Assembly (NCBI GenBank): GCA_047495785.1
Contig: JBLDXI010000048.1
Coordinates: 744,001 to 808,000, forward strand
Length of the DNA: 64,000 bases
Source of the DNA: Lepidodermella squamata
Taxonomy: Eukaryota; Animalia; Gastrotricha
Direction of reading: 5' to 3'
Shown: piece by piece, positions 1-10,027 of the stretch
How the letters are laid out: the number at the start of each line of letters is the position of its first letter
Numbering within the stretch: position 1 is the stretch's first letter
The notes under the pieces: generated by a model
What the model was told of the DNA's origin: nothing
The model's database searches: none
Seen by the model: only the letters and a program-made list of their open reading frames with translations
Translations under genes and position numbers: made by a program

Positions 1-40
1 CAAGTTTGTTCAAAACAAAGCGGTCACTTACGCATGGGTT

Positions 41-1037
41 TTGGTTTATCAAGATCATTACGCGAAACTCTGCTTCATCCGCCCAATCGAGACCAAGCAA
101 GCCAAGAACGTTGCCAGGGAGCTGATGTCGATATTCTGCATAATAGGAGCGCCAATGATTTTGCATTCTGATAACGGGAGGGAGTTCGTTAATGAGATTA
201 TTCGCGAACTGGTGGAACTCTGGCCTGGTTTGATCATCGTGAATGGAAGAGCTCGCCATCCACAGTCTCAGGGTAGCGTTGAACGAGCAAACGAAGACAT
301 CAAGCCCATGATCTCAGCCTGGATGTTGCAAGAATACACGACCTCATCGCAATCTCGAACACAAAACTCCGCAGGAGGTTATGTTTGCGTACCCGCCCAG
401 GAACGGTTGTCCAGCTGAAATTCTGCCAGAAAAGCTGAAGAAGGCTGTCTGGAGCGAGGAAGATCTCTCTCCCTCCGATCTGCCTCCTTTGCTGGAAGAA
501 GATGACGAAGTCGCAGTTCCAGTTGACAACGACGAAATCGAAAATCGGAGGAGCGAAGCTGATCATGCTGCTACAACTGGTCAACAGAAAAGTGCCGAAG
601 AAATGCTAGCTCATGCAGCCAAGCTAGCGCCTATTGCCAAAGTCGGTGACACTGTATCATTGCTAGTTGACAAAGTCGATCGAGGCCCGGGTGACCTACC
701 AAGTCTGGTCTGTGTAGTTCTTGAGCAATTCGAAGATGGTAGCGTCTCGCTAGGAACTCGCCAAGGACGGCTGGAAGGACATTACTTCTCCAACTGCTAT
801 CGAATTAGCAGTGCGAGGGTCTTGACCCCTGAGGAGGTGCCTGACGTGGTCTTCAAATCGCTAAGAACAGCAAATGGTCAAGCCTCTTTGTTTGGGACCC
901 AGGGACACCTCCATTGTAACTGCAAAGGGACGTGCACTGCTAGTGGAAGAGGCGCTAACTGCAAATGTCTAAAAGGCGAAGTTCGGTGCAACAGCCGTTG
1001 CCACCCTGGCTCTTCGAAATGTGAAAATCATGACTAA
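41..1037 (+). pseudogene. DDE integrase/transposase with CXC-like tail, frameshifted near 330, 5' end outside the window
   Basis: ORF 41-418 (to ..ISAWML) switches frame to KNTRPHRNLEHKTPQEVMF (ORF 381-1037). The segment usually lying between these motifs is missing. Confidence 0.8.
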
Positions 1038-1092
1038 AAATTGATTTCGAACGAATAAATCATGTTTTCTGTTATTTCTGTTGTTTTTGAAC

Positions 1093-1225
1093 ACATTAGA
1101 TATGTAATGTCCACATTAGATAATAATAAGCTATGTAAAGTATACTTTAGATATGTAATGTCTACTTTAGATGGGAGCAGTTATCTAATGTCTACTTTAG
1201 ATAAAAATCCACATTATATACGACA
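1093..1225. repeat. Subterminal repeats (TAATGTC(C/T)AC(A/T)TTAGAT) of the transposon end
   Basis: About 6 copies of the AC(A/T)TTAGAT core, three within a longer ~19-nt unit. Confidence 0.8.
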
Positions 1226-2236
1226 TATGCAAAGTAGAATTTATTGAAAAGTGTAGAAAAGTCGAGATTTTTAAACTGAGGCTAATAATTGAGAACGATG
1301 TTGCTAAACGGTAGTTTATAAAGACAGAGATATCACTACGGTCTGTGTTAGTGGCCTGATATCTAAAAACTCGCGACAAATTACACAGACCATAGACCCT
1401 GTTGCGGTCCAAGTCTGATATATCGAGTCACGATAAGAAACGGAATAAAACAATACTACGGCCAAGGACCAGGGGGTTTCAGCTTAGATTATTTAATGCG
1501 ACGTAGTTGCACACAGATATACATAAAGCCGGGTTTTTTGCATGACCCACCGGCTAATTTTCATTAATGCAATAAGTCAAGCGATAAAAAAATACGTGTA
1601 AACCGATGCCAGATTTAGCGGTCAACCCAGAGATCTCCTATCAAATGAAAAGCGGGTTATTACGACAAAATAATGCAAAATAAATTTCAAAGAATACGTT
1701 AACGTCATGAAACGGCGAATGTAAAATGAACATGTATGAACAGGTATGAACAAATTGAATTTTTGCATATGCAAATAGGGTGCCCAAAAAATCTAAAACC
1801 GCGTCATTAAAATCTCTGATTAGCTTTATAAAATATAGGCAAAATGAGTAAAATCCCCAAAATTCGGGGAAACAATCGAAAAACGTTCCCAAAGGTCTTT
1901 CCCTAATAGCCCTGAAATATCCTGAAATTATTCGAATCATTTCTAATTTTCTAGGCGCTAAAAGGTACTGTTCGGGCTACGAACTTTGCGATGATGCGGG
2001 CCTTATTGCGAGTTGTATTCTATAACTATAGCCCCCATTTCACTTATTTCCACTCTCAAATACTATTTTTTGCCAACTCAGACCACGAAAACCCTGATGC
2101 AATGAAAAAAACAGCGAAAATGAGCAAAAAATGTTAATTCGGTACCAGGGTTTAGCAATTCTTATTCTACTAGGCTTTATTCAACGTATATACGCATTAT
2201 AGTCAGGCGTTATAATTTTTCCAGTTTTCTCAGAAA

Positions 2237-3255
2237 ATGTCTCTTAGTAAAAAGTTGAACTCTGGTTATGAGTGCCCTTTGCTCGGTCTTGGTACCCTCG
2301 AAGGGAGCAAGGACTCTGAGAAATTTAAATCTGCTCTGAAAGCAGCTATTAAAGCTGGTTATCGCCATATTGACACGGCTGAGCTGTATCAAACTGAGGC
2401 CATTATTGGCGAAACCCTTGAGGAGCTCTACGCTGAAGGCGTTGTGAAACGTGAGGACATTTTCCTCACCTCGAAGCTATGGATGACAAGCCTCAATCCG
2501 AAAACAATTATCGACCATGTAAGTAACAGTTGCATTTTAGGATGAATTATCATCGCTTTCATCGTAATTTTTACCGATATTAGGTGAAAGGTCAGCTGGA
2601 AAGACTGAAAACGAGCTACTTGGACCTGGAACTGATCCATTGGCCAATGCCATTCAAATCCATCGACCCTACCTTCCAAAGCGCCGAGGTTGACGATAGT
2701 TTCACTTTGGAAGAAACTTGGGCCAAGCTGGAAGAAGTCGTTGGTCTCGGTCTGATACGCTCGATTGGCGTTTCCAACTTCAACATTCCGCAACTTGAGA
2801 AATTGCTGAAATCCGCTAAAATCAAACCGGCTATGAACCAATGTGAAATGCACGTGTTTTTCCAGCAGCGGAAACTTCAGGAATTCTGCCAGAAACACGG
2901 CATTGATTTCACTGCCTATTCCCCGTTTGCCAACCCTGGCTTCGACATGTTCCCGGTCAAGCGCGTCAACATTTTAGAAAATCCGATTCTGGCCGAAATT
3001 GGGTCGAAATACGGCAAGAAACCAGGCCAAGTTGCGTTGAGGTGGCTAATCCAACTGGGTGTATTCACGATTCCTAAGAGTGTCACCCCAGCTAGGATTG
3101 AGGAGAATTTCAACATTTGGGACTTTGAGCTGACGAAGGAAGACATGGAACGGATCAAGGCGATGGATGAAGATGAGCGAATTCTGAATTTTGATTTCCT
3201 TCCGGCTTTGAAAGTTCATCCAAACTATCCTTTGTTGCAGAAAGGAAGTTGCTGA
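2237..3255 (+). CDS. Aldo-keto reductase, 2 exons (2237-2518, 2584-3255), 317 aa
   Basis: GYRHIDTAELY, TSKLW, LIHWP, SIGVSNF, IPKS motifs; D/Y/K/H tetrad intact; GT-AG phase-0 intron; ends KGSC*. Confidence 0.95.
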
Positions 3256-3896
3256 TCGCAGCCGCAAAATGACTTGATGACGACAAAATAACTACGTATT
3301 ACGTATATACCGATGGGATGTTGCTATCGCGCATAATATCAACAGAATAAAAAGAATCGCAGGTCCCAGAGCTTTTTCTTCTCATTTCCGAAATCGTATC
3401 CCGTTGATCTGGAATCTTGAAGGGCAATAACCAAAATTTGTGTGATTAAGCTTAACTTTCAATTTAAGATTGTTTCCATTCATTTCTCCATTTTTGCTTC
3501 CTTTTTCTCCCAATTTCCAAAATTCTTTTATTAGTAGTTAGCTTATGATGCCGCAGTTTCTGAAGATTTTTATCCAAATTTATCCAAAGGCCGTCACTTC
3601 ATACCAACTTTGGGACAAAGCTAGAGCGAACGGTGATGGTTGGCTTTGAAAATCGTGTTCAAAGATCAAACACAAACACGACTAAAACGGGTTCAGAGTT
3701 CAGATGAATCGCAACCGCTTTAAAACGAAATCGGAAATGGTTGCCGTTGATAGCTAAGATCAAAGCCGACAAGGGTGCGATTTTGGTTGCTGATCAAACC
3801 GCGGAAATGATTTGAGGAATTCACGCCTCAGCATTTATTGCTCCATCGCATTTTACTAGGTTAACACTGTCGTTCGTTAATATCAGAATCAGAACT

Positions 3897-3990
3897 TGAC
3901 CGTAAACACCTTATATGCGCTCGTGCCGGCACCGGCACACGCCGAATTGTAGCTTCAAAACAACATATGATCACCTCACGCGTGATTTCA
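3897..3990 (+). promoter_or_regulatory. Conserved non-coding block upstream of astacin-like gene 1 (paralogous copy ~9179-9275)
   Basis: TGACC.TAAACACCT..CGCTCGTGC.GGCA..CTTCAAAACAACAT is shared by both duplicates although the surrounding DNA has diverged. Confidence 0.45.
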
Positions 3991-4338
3991 AATCATTGTT
4001 TCATTTTATCGTTCTCATTTTTCTATTCATTATCGAGCCAAGTTCTTCCGCTTCGACTTATCGGGGGTACGACTTGAGACCCTATAATATCTTAGTGTGA
4101 GCTCACCTCTACAATCGAACCTCCTTTGCGATTACAGGTGGCTGCCCCTCTGGCTTCTGACCCGTTCCATTCTTGCTGTGATTACATAGGTGCGAACACA
4201 TGCTGTTGGTACACCGTGCTAAAGATTGACATTTTAGTGCCAGGGTCTTGGAACTCTGTATCAATCGTTTCATTCCAATGTTATTAGGGAGCTTATTGAA
4301 TCTTGTATTTTTCATATCAATAGAATCACGCATTGACC

Positions 4339-7309
4339 ATGCGCATTTTCTTATTTACTATCGCATGCTCGCTGCTACGCCCATCGTCCGGCGATTTCCA
4401 AGAGTATACAAGTGATCTATTACTGAAGAATGCGGATCCGGCGATCCAACCGATAAATTTGACGCTATTTCAGAGTGCTTATGATGGCTTTAAGCCAGGT
4501 CAACCGGCGGCGACTCCATGGCCTCTGCCAATTCCTTACACAATCAACAATGGAACGTGGTATAGAGACACGATAGGCGACTGCGATCTTAGTAAATTAA
4601 TTTTTCTCTGAAATACGAAACATTTTGTTCTGATGCCTTTTGTCACAGTTGCTACCGAGCGCGGCCGAGTCAAAGAAGCTATAGCCGAGATCGAAGCGGT
4701 CACTTGTTTGCGATTCGAAGAAAGATCATCAATTGACATCAACCAAGCTAACTCAATAGCTTTTTTTCGATATTTGTGAGCTATACTTTCTCTTTTATAA
4801 CATTGTCAGTTGAACTATACACTGTTTTAGGACCGATTATGGTTTTCACAGTAAACAGTTTCCGCTCAAGTTTATAGCCTTTGCAAATACTGTTGAGACC
4901 GACAGATATGCATCGGTCGGGGTTAGTTTGCTCAGTCAAAATGATGTCACGAGGCATAATGTGTTCCATTCAGGCGCGATTTGTGATTCAAAAAATCGGC
5001 TACGCGCTCGGACTGACGTACGAAACCAGGCGACCCGACCGCGATCAATATGTGCAACCCAAGCCAGGTCAGGAAAACCGGTGTGTTTTTCATATACCTT
5101 GAGCGATCCTATTGTAGCAACTTGATTTACGTCTTGCCAGCTTAGCGATCAATCCGGCTCAAACGTATTACAATTACACCCCGTTCGATTACGAATCGGT
5201 TTTCAATCCGATTTTCACCGGGGGCTTTCCAGGAATGATTCCTGAATGGCATTCGCCCGATGCGCGTTATCACCCGACAATCGGCATGCCTGCCTACCTG
5301 TCACTGTATGATTCCTACAAGCTGAACAAACTCTGCAAATGCTTTGGTACGTTAAAAAGGACCATAGGTAACATTTTCTCAAAAAGTCGTAACGATTTCC
5401 CACATTTCGGGAAATTATTTTGTGGATTAGTTGATATTTCTTGCTTCAATGTTTTCAATATCGCTCTATTTTTGTAGATAAGTGTGGCAGCACAACAATT
5501 TCGTGCAAAAATGGTGGCTATCCAAATCCGAGCGTGAACTGCACGAAATGCGTGTGCCCGGCTGGTCTTGGTGGTGATTTGTGCGACGTTCCATACCCGA
5601 CCAATCCGAATATCAGCTGCGGAGGTGAAGTCTTCGTGAAGCCATGCACTAGCGTTGATATTGCTATCGATGCTAAAACGACGCCTAAAAAGTGTTCATG
5701 GCTCTTCAAAACGGTTCGGTTTTAAATAGTGGATTTGAGGTTAAATTTTATTTCGACCCTTAGGGTAATTCGAGTGGCCTCGTTTTCGGGTTCCCTGAGT
5801 GGCCCGATTTTGAATATATCCGTAAGTGATAAGGCGATACTGTTGTTAATTACGTTAAACGTTTTTCGATTAAGAGCTCAACCTCTGCGTGAACTTCTTC
5901 CTAATAAAAGAACTGGGACTCGAGGGACATCCCGGGTTCAGGTGAGACATTGACATAATTTGAATTCGAAGGATATCCCCTGAGTAAATATTAGGTTCTG
6001 CCAAGTCAGCGCAAATACGGGTCGTGTTTACGTGACGAACAAAAACCAGGCGTTGGTTTATGCCCACCTGCCGCATGTCGGGCAATGGGAGCAAGGATCA
6101 GTCACGGTTTTCGCGACTTGTCCTGGCGTGAAAGCGACTAAGTTGAGCAAGGAATGCCGCATTACCGCGGGTGCATTCGACTACGAAGGAACACAATTAA
6201 GAAAAACTGCAACCGGCGCTACTTGCCTACGGTGGGACACCAACCCGAGCGATGCCTTTTACACCGTTCCAAGAGGCAACTTCACTGCGGCTGGTAATGG
6301 ATGCCGACGTCAGAGATGGAAGCCGCTGAGATGCTTGAGCAACGAGGGTGCTGTCGACTGCGAGAATGCTGACAAAATCAAAAGCTGCAGTGAGTTTTGA
6401 GTTTAAGCTTATGCCATAATCTTTAAGCATTACAACGATCACAAATTGTTAGATTCTGATTCGAATAAGATATCAGATTCGTCAGGTTGTCCAATAAATT
6501 AATTAAATAAAACAGCTCGACCGGATATCAAGTATTTATCGATTTAAATTTGGCCTGTTAGTAATAGTTTAGTGACATATAACTCAATCAGTGAAGTAAA
6601 CATAAATACTGAAAATTTATTGAAAATTTAATCGGATTAACATGATTTATTGATGATATACCGTTTTCAGCTAAACTTACTTTCCGATGCATCAACTCCG
6701 TTACTGGCCAGTTCGAAGGCTGCAGGGCGTTCTGCTTAGATGGCGAAATCCCTTTCAATGAATGGAGCACCCGATTCTTGGACACCTGCAACAAAGGCGT
6801 GAGTTGATTCAACAGCGCTTATAGCCAAACCTTGCAATTTTGGCCACAGAATGTCCGCAAATGCGTCAAAGGCTCGACTTTCCGCTGCATTTCTGGCGAC
6901 CAGGGTTGCCAGCCCGATGAGACCAAAATCGTAAGGAGTTGTGTACTCCTGATTGATTGCTTATAACCATTTGCTTAGTCGCCGCTGTTCAACACATTTG
7001 CGGCCTTTGGTCGCAATCTGCTGGCCTGCAACCACAGAGCTGATCTCAACTGGGTTAGATCAATTTTCAGTAATTTTTCATTATTTTGTAATTTGTTGCG
7101 TCCTGGCAGAAATACATTCGTTGTTACCGCAACAAACCAGGCAAGCCATTTGTCGACTGCAGGCGTGCGGACTTCGGTTGCAAATCAAGCGAGGTTTGTT
7201 TGCCGTTGTCGCTCGGACATAAGTATATTTTTCTACAATCTGTGTTTTTTAGGTTTCGGATCAAACGCCGCCCTACTCAGATCCTTTCAAATGCTACAAA
7301 GGCGTATAG
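4339..7309 (+). CDS. Secreted inactive astacin (M12A)-EGF-CUB-kringle-like protein with Cys-rich tail, copy 1 (multi-exon)
   Basis: Signal peptide; WPLPIPY; EIEAVTCLRF; QKIGYALGLTYETRRPDRD (zinc motif destroyed); FDYESVF; EGF CKNGGYPNP..CVCPAGLGGDLC; CUB CGGE..CSWL; kringle-like CR..DYEG..TATGATCLRWD; ends PFKCYKGV* at 7309. Confidence 0.85.
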
Positions 7310-7659
7310 ATGCTATTGCATCCTGACGAAATGCTAACCTCAAATTGACATGCTTTTTCGATTTCTTGGAACTCCTTGATCATAGATATTTTTTTCCGAA
7401 CGATGGCGAAAGGCACTTCTATCTATCAAATCTATCAAATTTCTTATTAATTTGAGGGGCGATATTTTCAATTCAACGCATTTTAATCTGCATGTTCAGA
7501 TGATGAGTTTAATGTAAGCAAACAATAATGTTTCGCATTCCGATCGACAATATTTGAAATAAAATATTTCGGCTTGTAAATCAACAATGTTGAATAAATT
7601 CAATGGATGCTATAGGCGAGTATTATGCATCCGTATGTGTAGCTTGAAAGGTTCAAAGT

Positions 7660-8139
7660 CCCGCGTGGTCACGTTGCATGAATAGCTAGTTCTGAGGCAG
7701 TGTTTTTTCGCCGCTTCGCCGTTCCGTCGTTCTCACAAAAAAATGACCAAAGAAAAAAAAAATAGGCCAACGGAGGATTCGAACCCGGGACCGTTGAGTA
7801 TTGACCAAGAGGCGAGACGACTGCGCTAGGTCTAGGTCTCTCTATTCTATTCCTCGGCAGTGGGCGACTTTTATCAGGGGGATGGGGGATCATCCCCTAG
7901 CTCTGCCGAAGCAGACATCAACAAGAGAATTTATTCCACTGTTTCGTTGATTTTGAGAGGGTTTCCAACCCCGGCAGCTCCCGGATCCAGGATCGCACCC
8001 TGGTCAAGGGTTCGAATCCTCCTTTTACCTCTTTTTTTCCTTTGGTCAGTTTTTTCCGAGATGAAGAAAGGACGAAACGAGTTCTTTCTGTGCCTCCGGA
8101 AAGTTTTCGTGCTACGAAGGTCAGCTGATCGACGCAGGG
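7660..8139. mobile_element. Foldback/MITE-like element with ~130-bp imperfect inverted arms, each carrying a tRNA-like B-box
   Basis: CCC..GGG ends. TGACCAAAG(A)n..GGAGGATTCGAACCC on the left mirrors GGGTTCGAATCCTCC..(T)nCCTTTGGTCA on the right. No clear TSD. Confidence 0.6.
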
Positions 8140-8329
8140 TTCCTAAAGTGTCACTGCTGCTAGGGTTGAGGAGAATTTCAAAATTTGGGACTTTGAGCTG
8201 GCGATGAGCTGACATGGACCGGATGGATGAAGATGAGCAAATTTTGCATTTTAATTTACGTCGGACTTTCAAAGCCCATCCTAATAACCAGAGGCTAAAT
8301 AGCAAAGGCTGGAGAATGGAAGTTGCTGA
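8140..8329 (+). pseudogene. AKR 3' remnant
   Basis: Aligns to AKR 3071-3255 (TTCCTAA..GAGGAGAATTTCAA..TGGGACTTTGAGCTG..GGAAGTTGCTGA) with indels. Confidence 0.9.
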
Positions 8330-9415
8330 TTTCAGACTCATCGATGACAATGTGAAAATGAACATATGAAATGACAATATGAAGTGCGCCTATTGCATAT
8401 GGATAAGAAATATTAGCAAATCCCGCAACGTTTCTCCGCTTGGCCGCTAACGATTTATCCGGATAATATGAAAGAGCCAAAAGCCCGAGACTTATTGAAG
8501 CACAGCTTTTCAAATAAAGATCAATTCCCCTTTTCTCTTTTTGCTGAGCAGTTTTACCATTAAAGCTTAGCTAAAATATTGGCTTTTGGCATAATAACCT
8601 TGATCGTTCAGGAGGTTTCCCTTTCTGAATTCCGGCTCACGGCGTCATAAATGTGCGTACAACACGCACACTTATGGCGCTCATGATTTCCGTTGTTCTC
8701 TCATGATTCGTACCTCGAACGCAGAAAAATCGAAAAGATTACATTTCCCGCTCGCATAAAACGAGCGTGTGCTACAACGACATAAGCGCGTGATTGAAAC
8801 ACCACTGACAAATCCTCACGCGACCGGGAGGGTAGAATTTCGTTTTCATAACTGTAAGGGATGCAAAAATGACTCGAACAAAAAATATCGTTTTGATGTC
8901 GATTTTTAAAGTCTGAATCGATTGATCATGCGTCTGATCTGGAAGGATTGAATGCTCAACGATTCCCCATAATTCAGTCTATTATTCCTTAATATTTCAA
9001 TAATTTTATCTGCAATTTGAACAGATAATGGCGAAATTCTAAATTTGTTCCAATTCGCCCCCACGGTTGTCCGAATACTTTATTGATCGTCATCAATCTT
9101 ACTAGTGTGCGACATTTCTTCTCTTTTCTTGCGACGGCTCGAATTAGTATAATACTGATTTTATGTGCGAATGAAAAGTGACCATAAACACCTCAAACGC
9201 TCGTGCTGGCAGTCGCACGCGTCGCTGTTTTGAACCTTCAAAACAACATTGCATTATTACATGCTTCTTTTCAAATCATCACATTTCTCCTCATTTCGAC
9301 TAAAAAGTTCAAGCGTTTTGAATTGTACGATTTGAGGTCGTTGAAACTTCTCGAAAAGCGAGCTCAATTAAGCATCAATGGTGGCCTTTTAAATTGGATT
9401 TCATTGGATTTATAG

Positions 9416-9724
9416 CGTGTTCCTCAAGATTCCGTCCTTGGTCCCTTATGATATCGTTCCTATTTTACCTGCAGGAGTCTCGATTAAGCTCTTCGATTGC
9501 AAGCTCTAAGAATCGGTAACAAGTCTCATTTTTCCTATTCTCATGATCCAAATCAACTTATAACCTGTCACTGGTACTCGTACAATGACATTGGTCTGAT
9601 TATGGACGACGGTCTCTCGTTTCGCCCAATTGTTACCAGAGCCTATGGTCATCCTCGCCTGGGCTTATCGCGTATATTCCAGGCCTATCTACTTGAAAAC
9701 CTTCCTTCAACCAAGTCGCATTGA
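9416..9724 (+). mobile_element. Degenerate LINE (CR1/L2/Jockey-like) reverse-transcriptase fragment
   Basis: RVPQDSVLGPL* (cf. GVPQGSVLGP) and ..LRIG..Y..NDIGLIMDDGLSF..IVTRAY..LG..RIF. Confidence 0.65.
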
Positions 9725-10027
9725 AAAAGGTGGCTTATAGCTGAATCTTGCTGTGAACGTTTTGAAAATCTTGCGAAGCAGGCTATTGTATGAGCCTGAG
9801 ATCTTCTGCGCCTACTCCAAGATATCGCCTGTATGTTTGTGACTCAACTATATGCCTGGGCTAATATAGTGCGTACTATGGGGTTCCAACCTATTTCAGC
9901 TATCTTTTATGATTGACATTACAGGCTAGAAACTTCTATCAATTTCAGGTCAATTTGAATTGGGAATGAATGTGCTATGTGCTTAGGGAATCTTGCATTT
10001 TGATAACAATAGAATCACGTAGAAAAA

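Larger units (their letters stand above)
1..1225 (+). mobile_element. Right part of a Ginger/GIN-type (KRBA2/SCAND3-like integrase) DNA transposon, degenerate
   Basis: rve integrase motifs YQDH, LHSDNGREF, HPQSQGSVER. C-terminal Cys cluster CNCKGTC..CKC..CNSRCH..CEN. Followed by AATAAA, subterminal repeats and a terminal ...ACA at 1225. Confidence 0.8.

Noticed and set aside
1093-1225. CRISPR-like repeat-spacer array
   Set aside because: Eukaryotic context, irregular short spacing, located at a transposon end, no cas genes.
3244-3300. Selenocysteine readthrough at AKR ...Cys-TGA (thioredoxin-reductase-like CU tail)
   Set aside because: Paralogs end with TAA or TAG at the same position, and no conserved SECIS-like 3' structure is evident.
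7765-7835. Functional tRNA gene on the minus strand
   Set aside because: A/B-box-like motifs are present, but acceptor and anticodon stems do not pair convincingly; treated as part of a repeat.
7860-8377. ORFs of 115 and 148 aa
   Set aside because: They run across the foldback element and the AKR remnant; no coding signature of their own.
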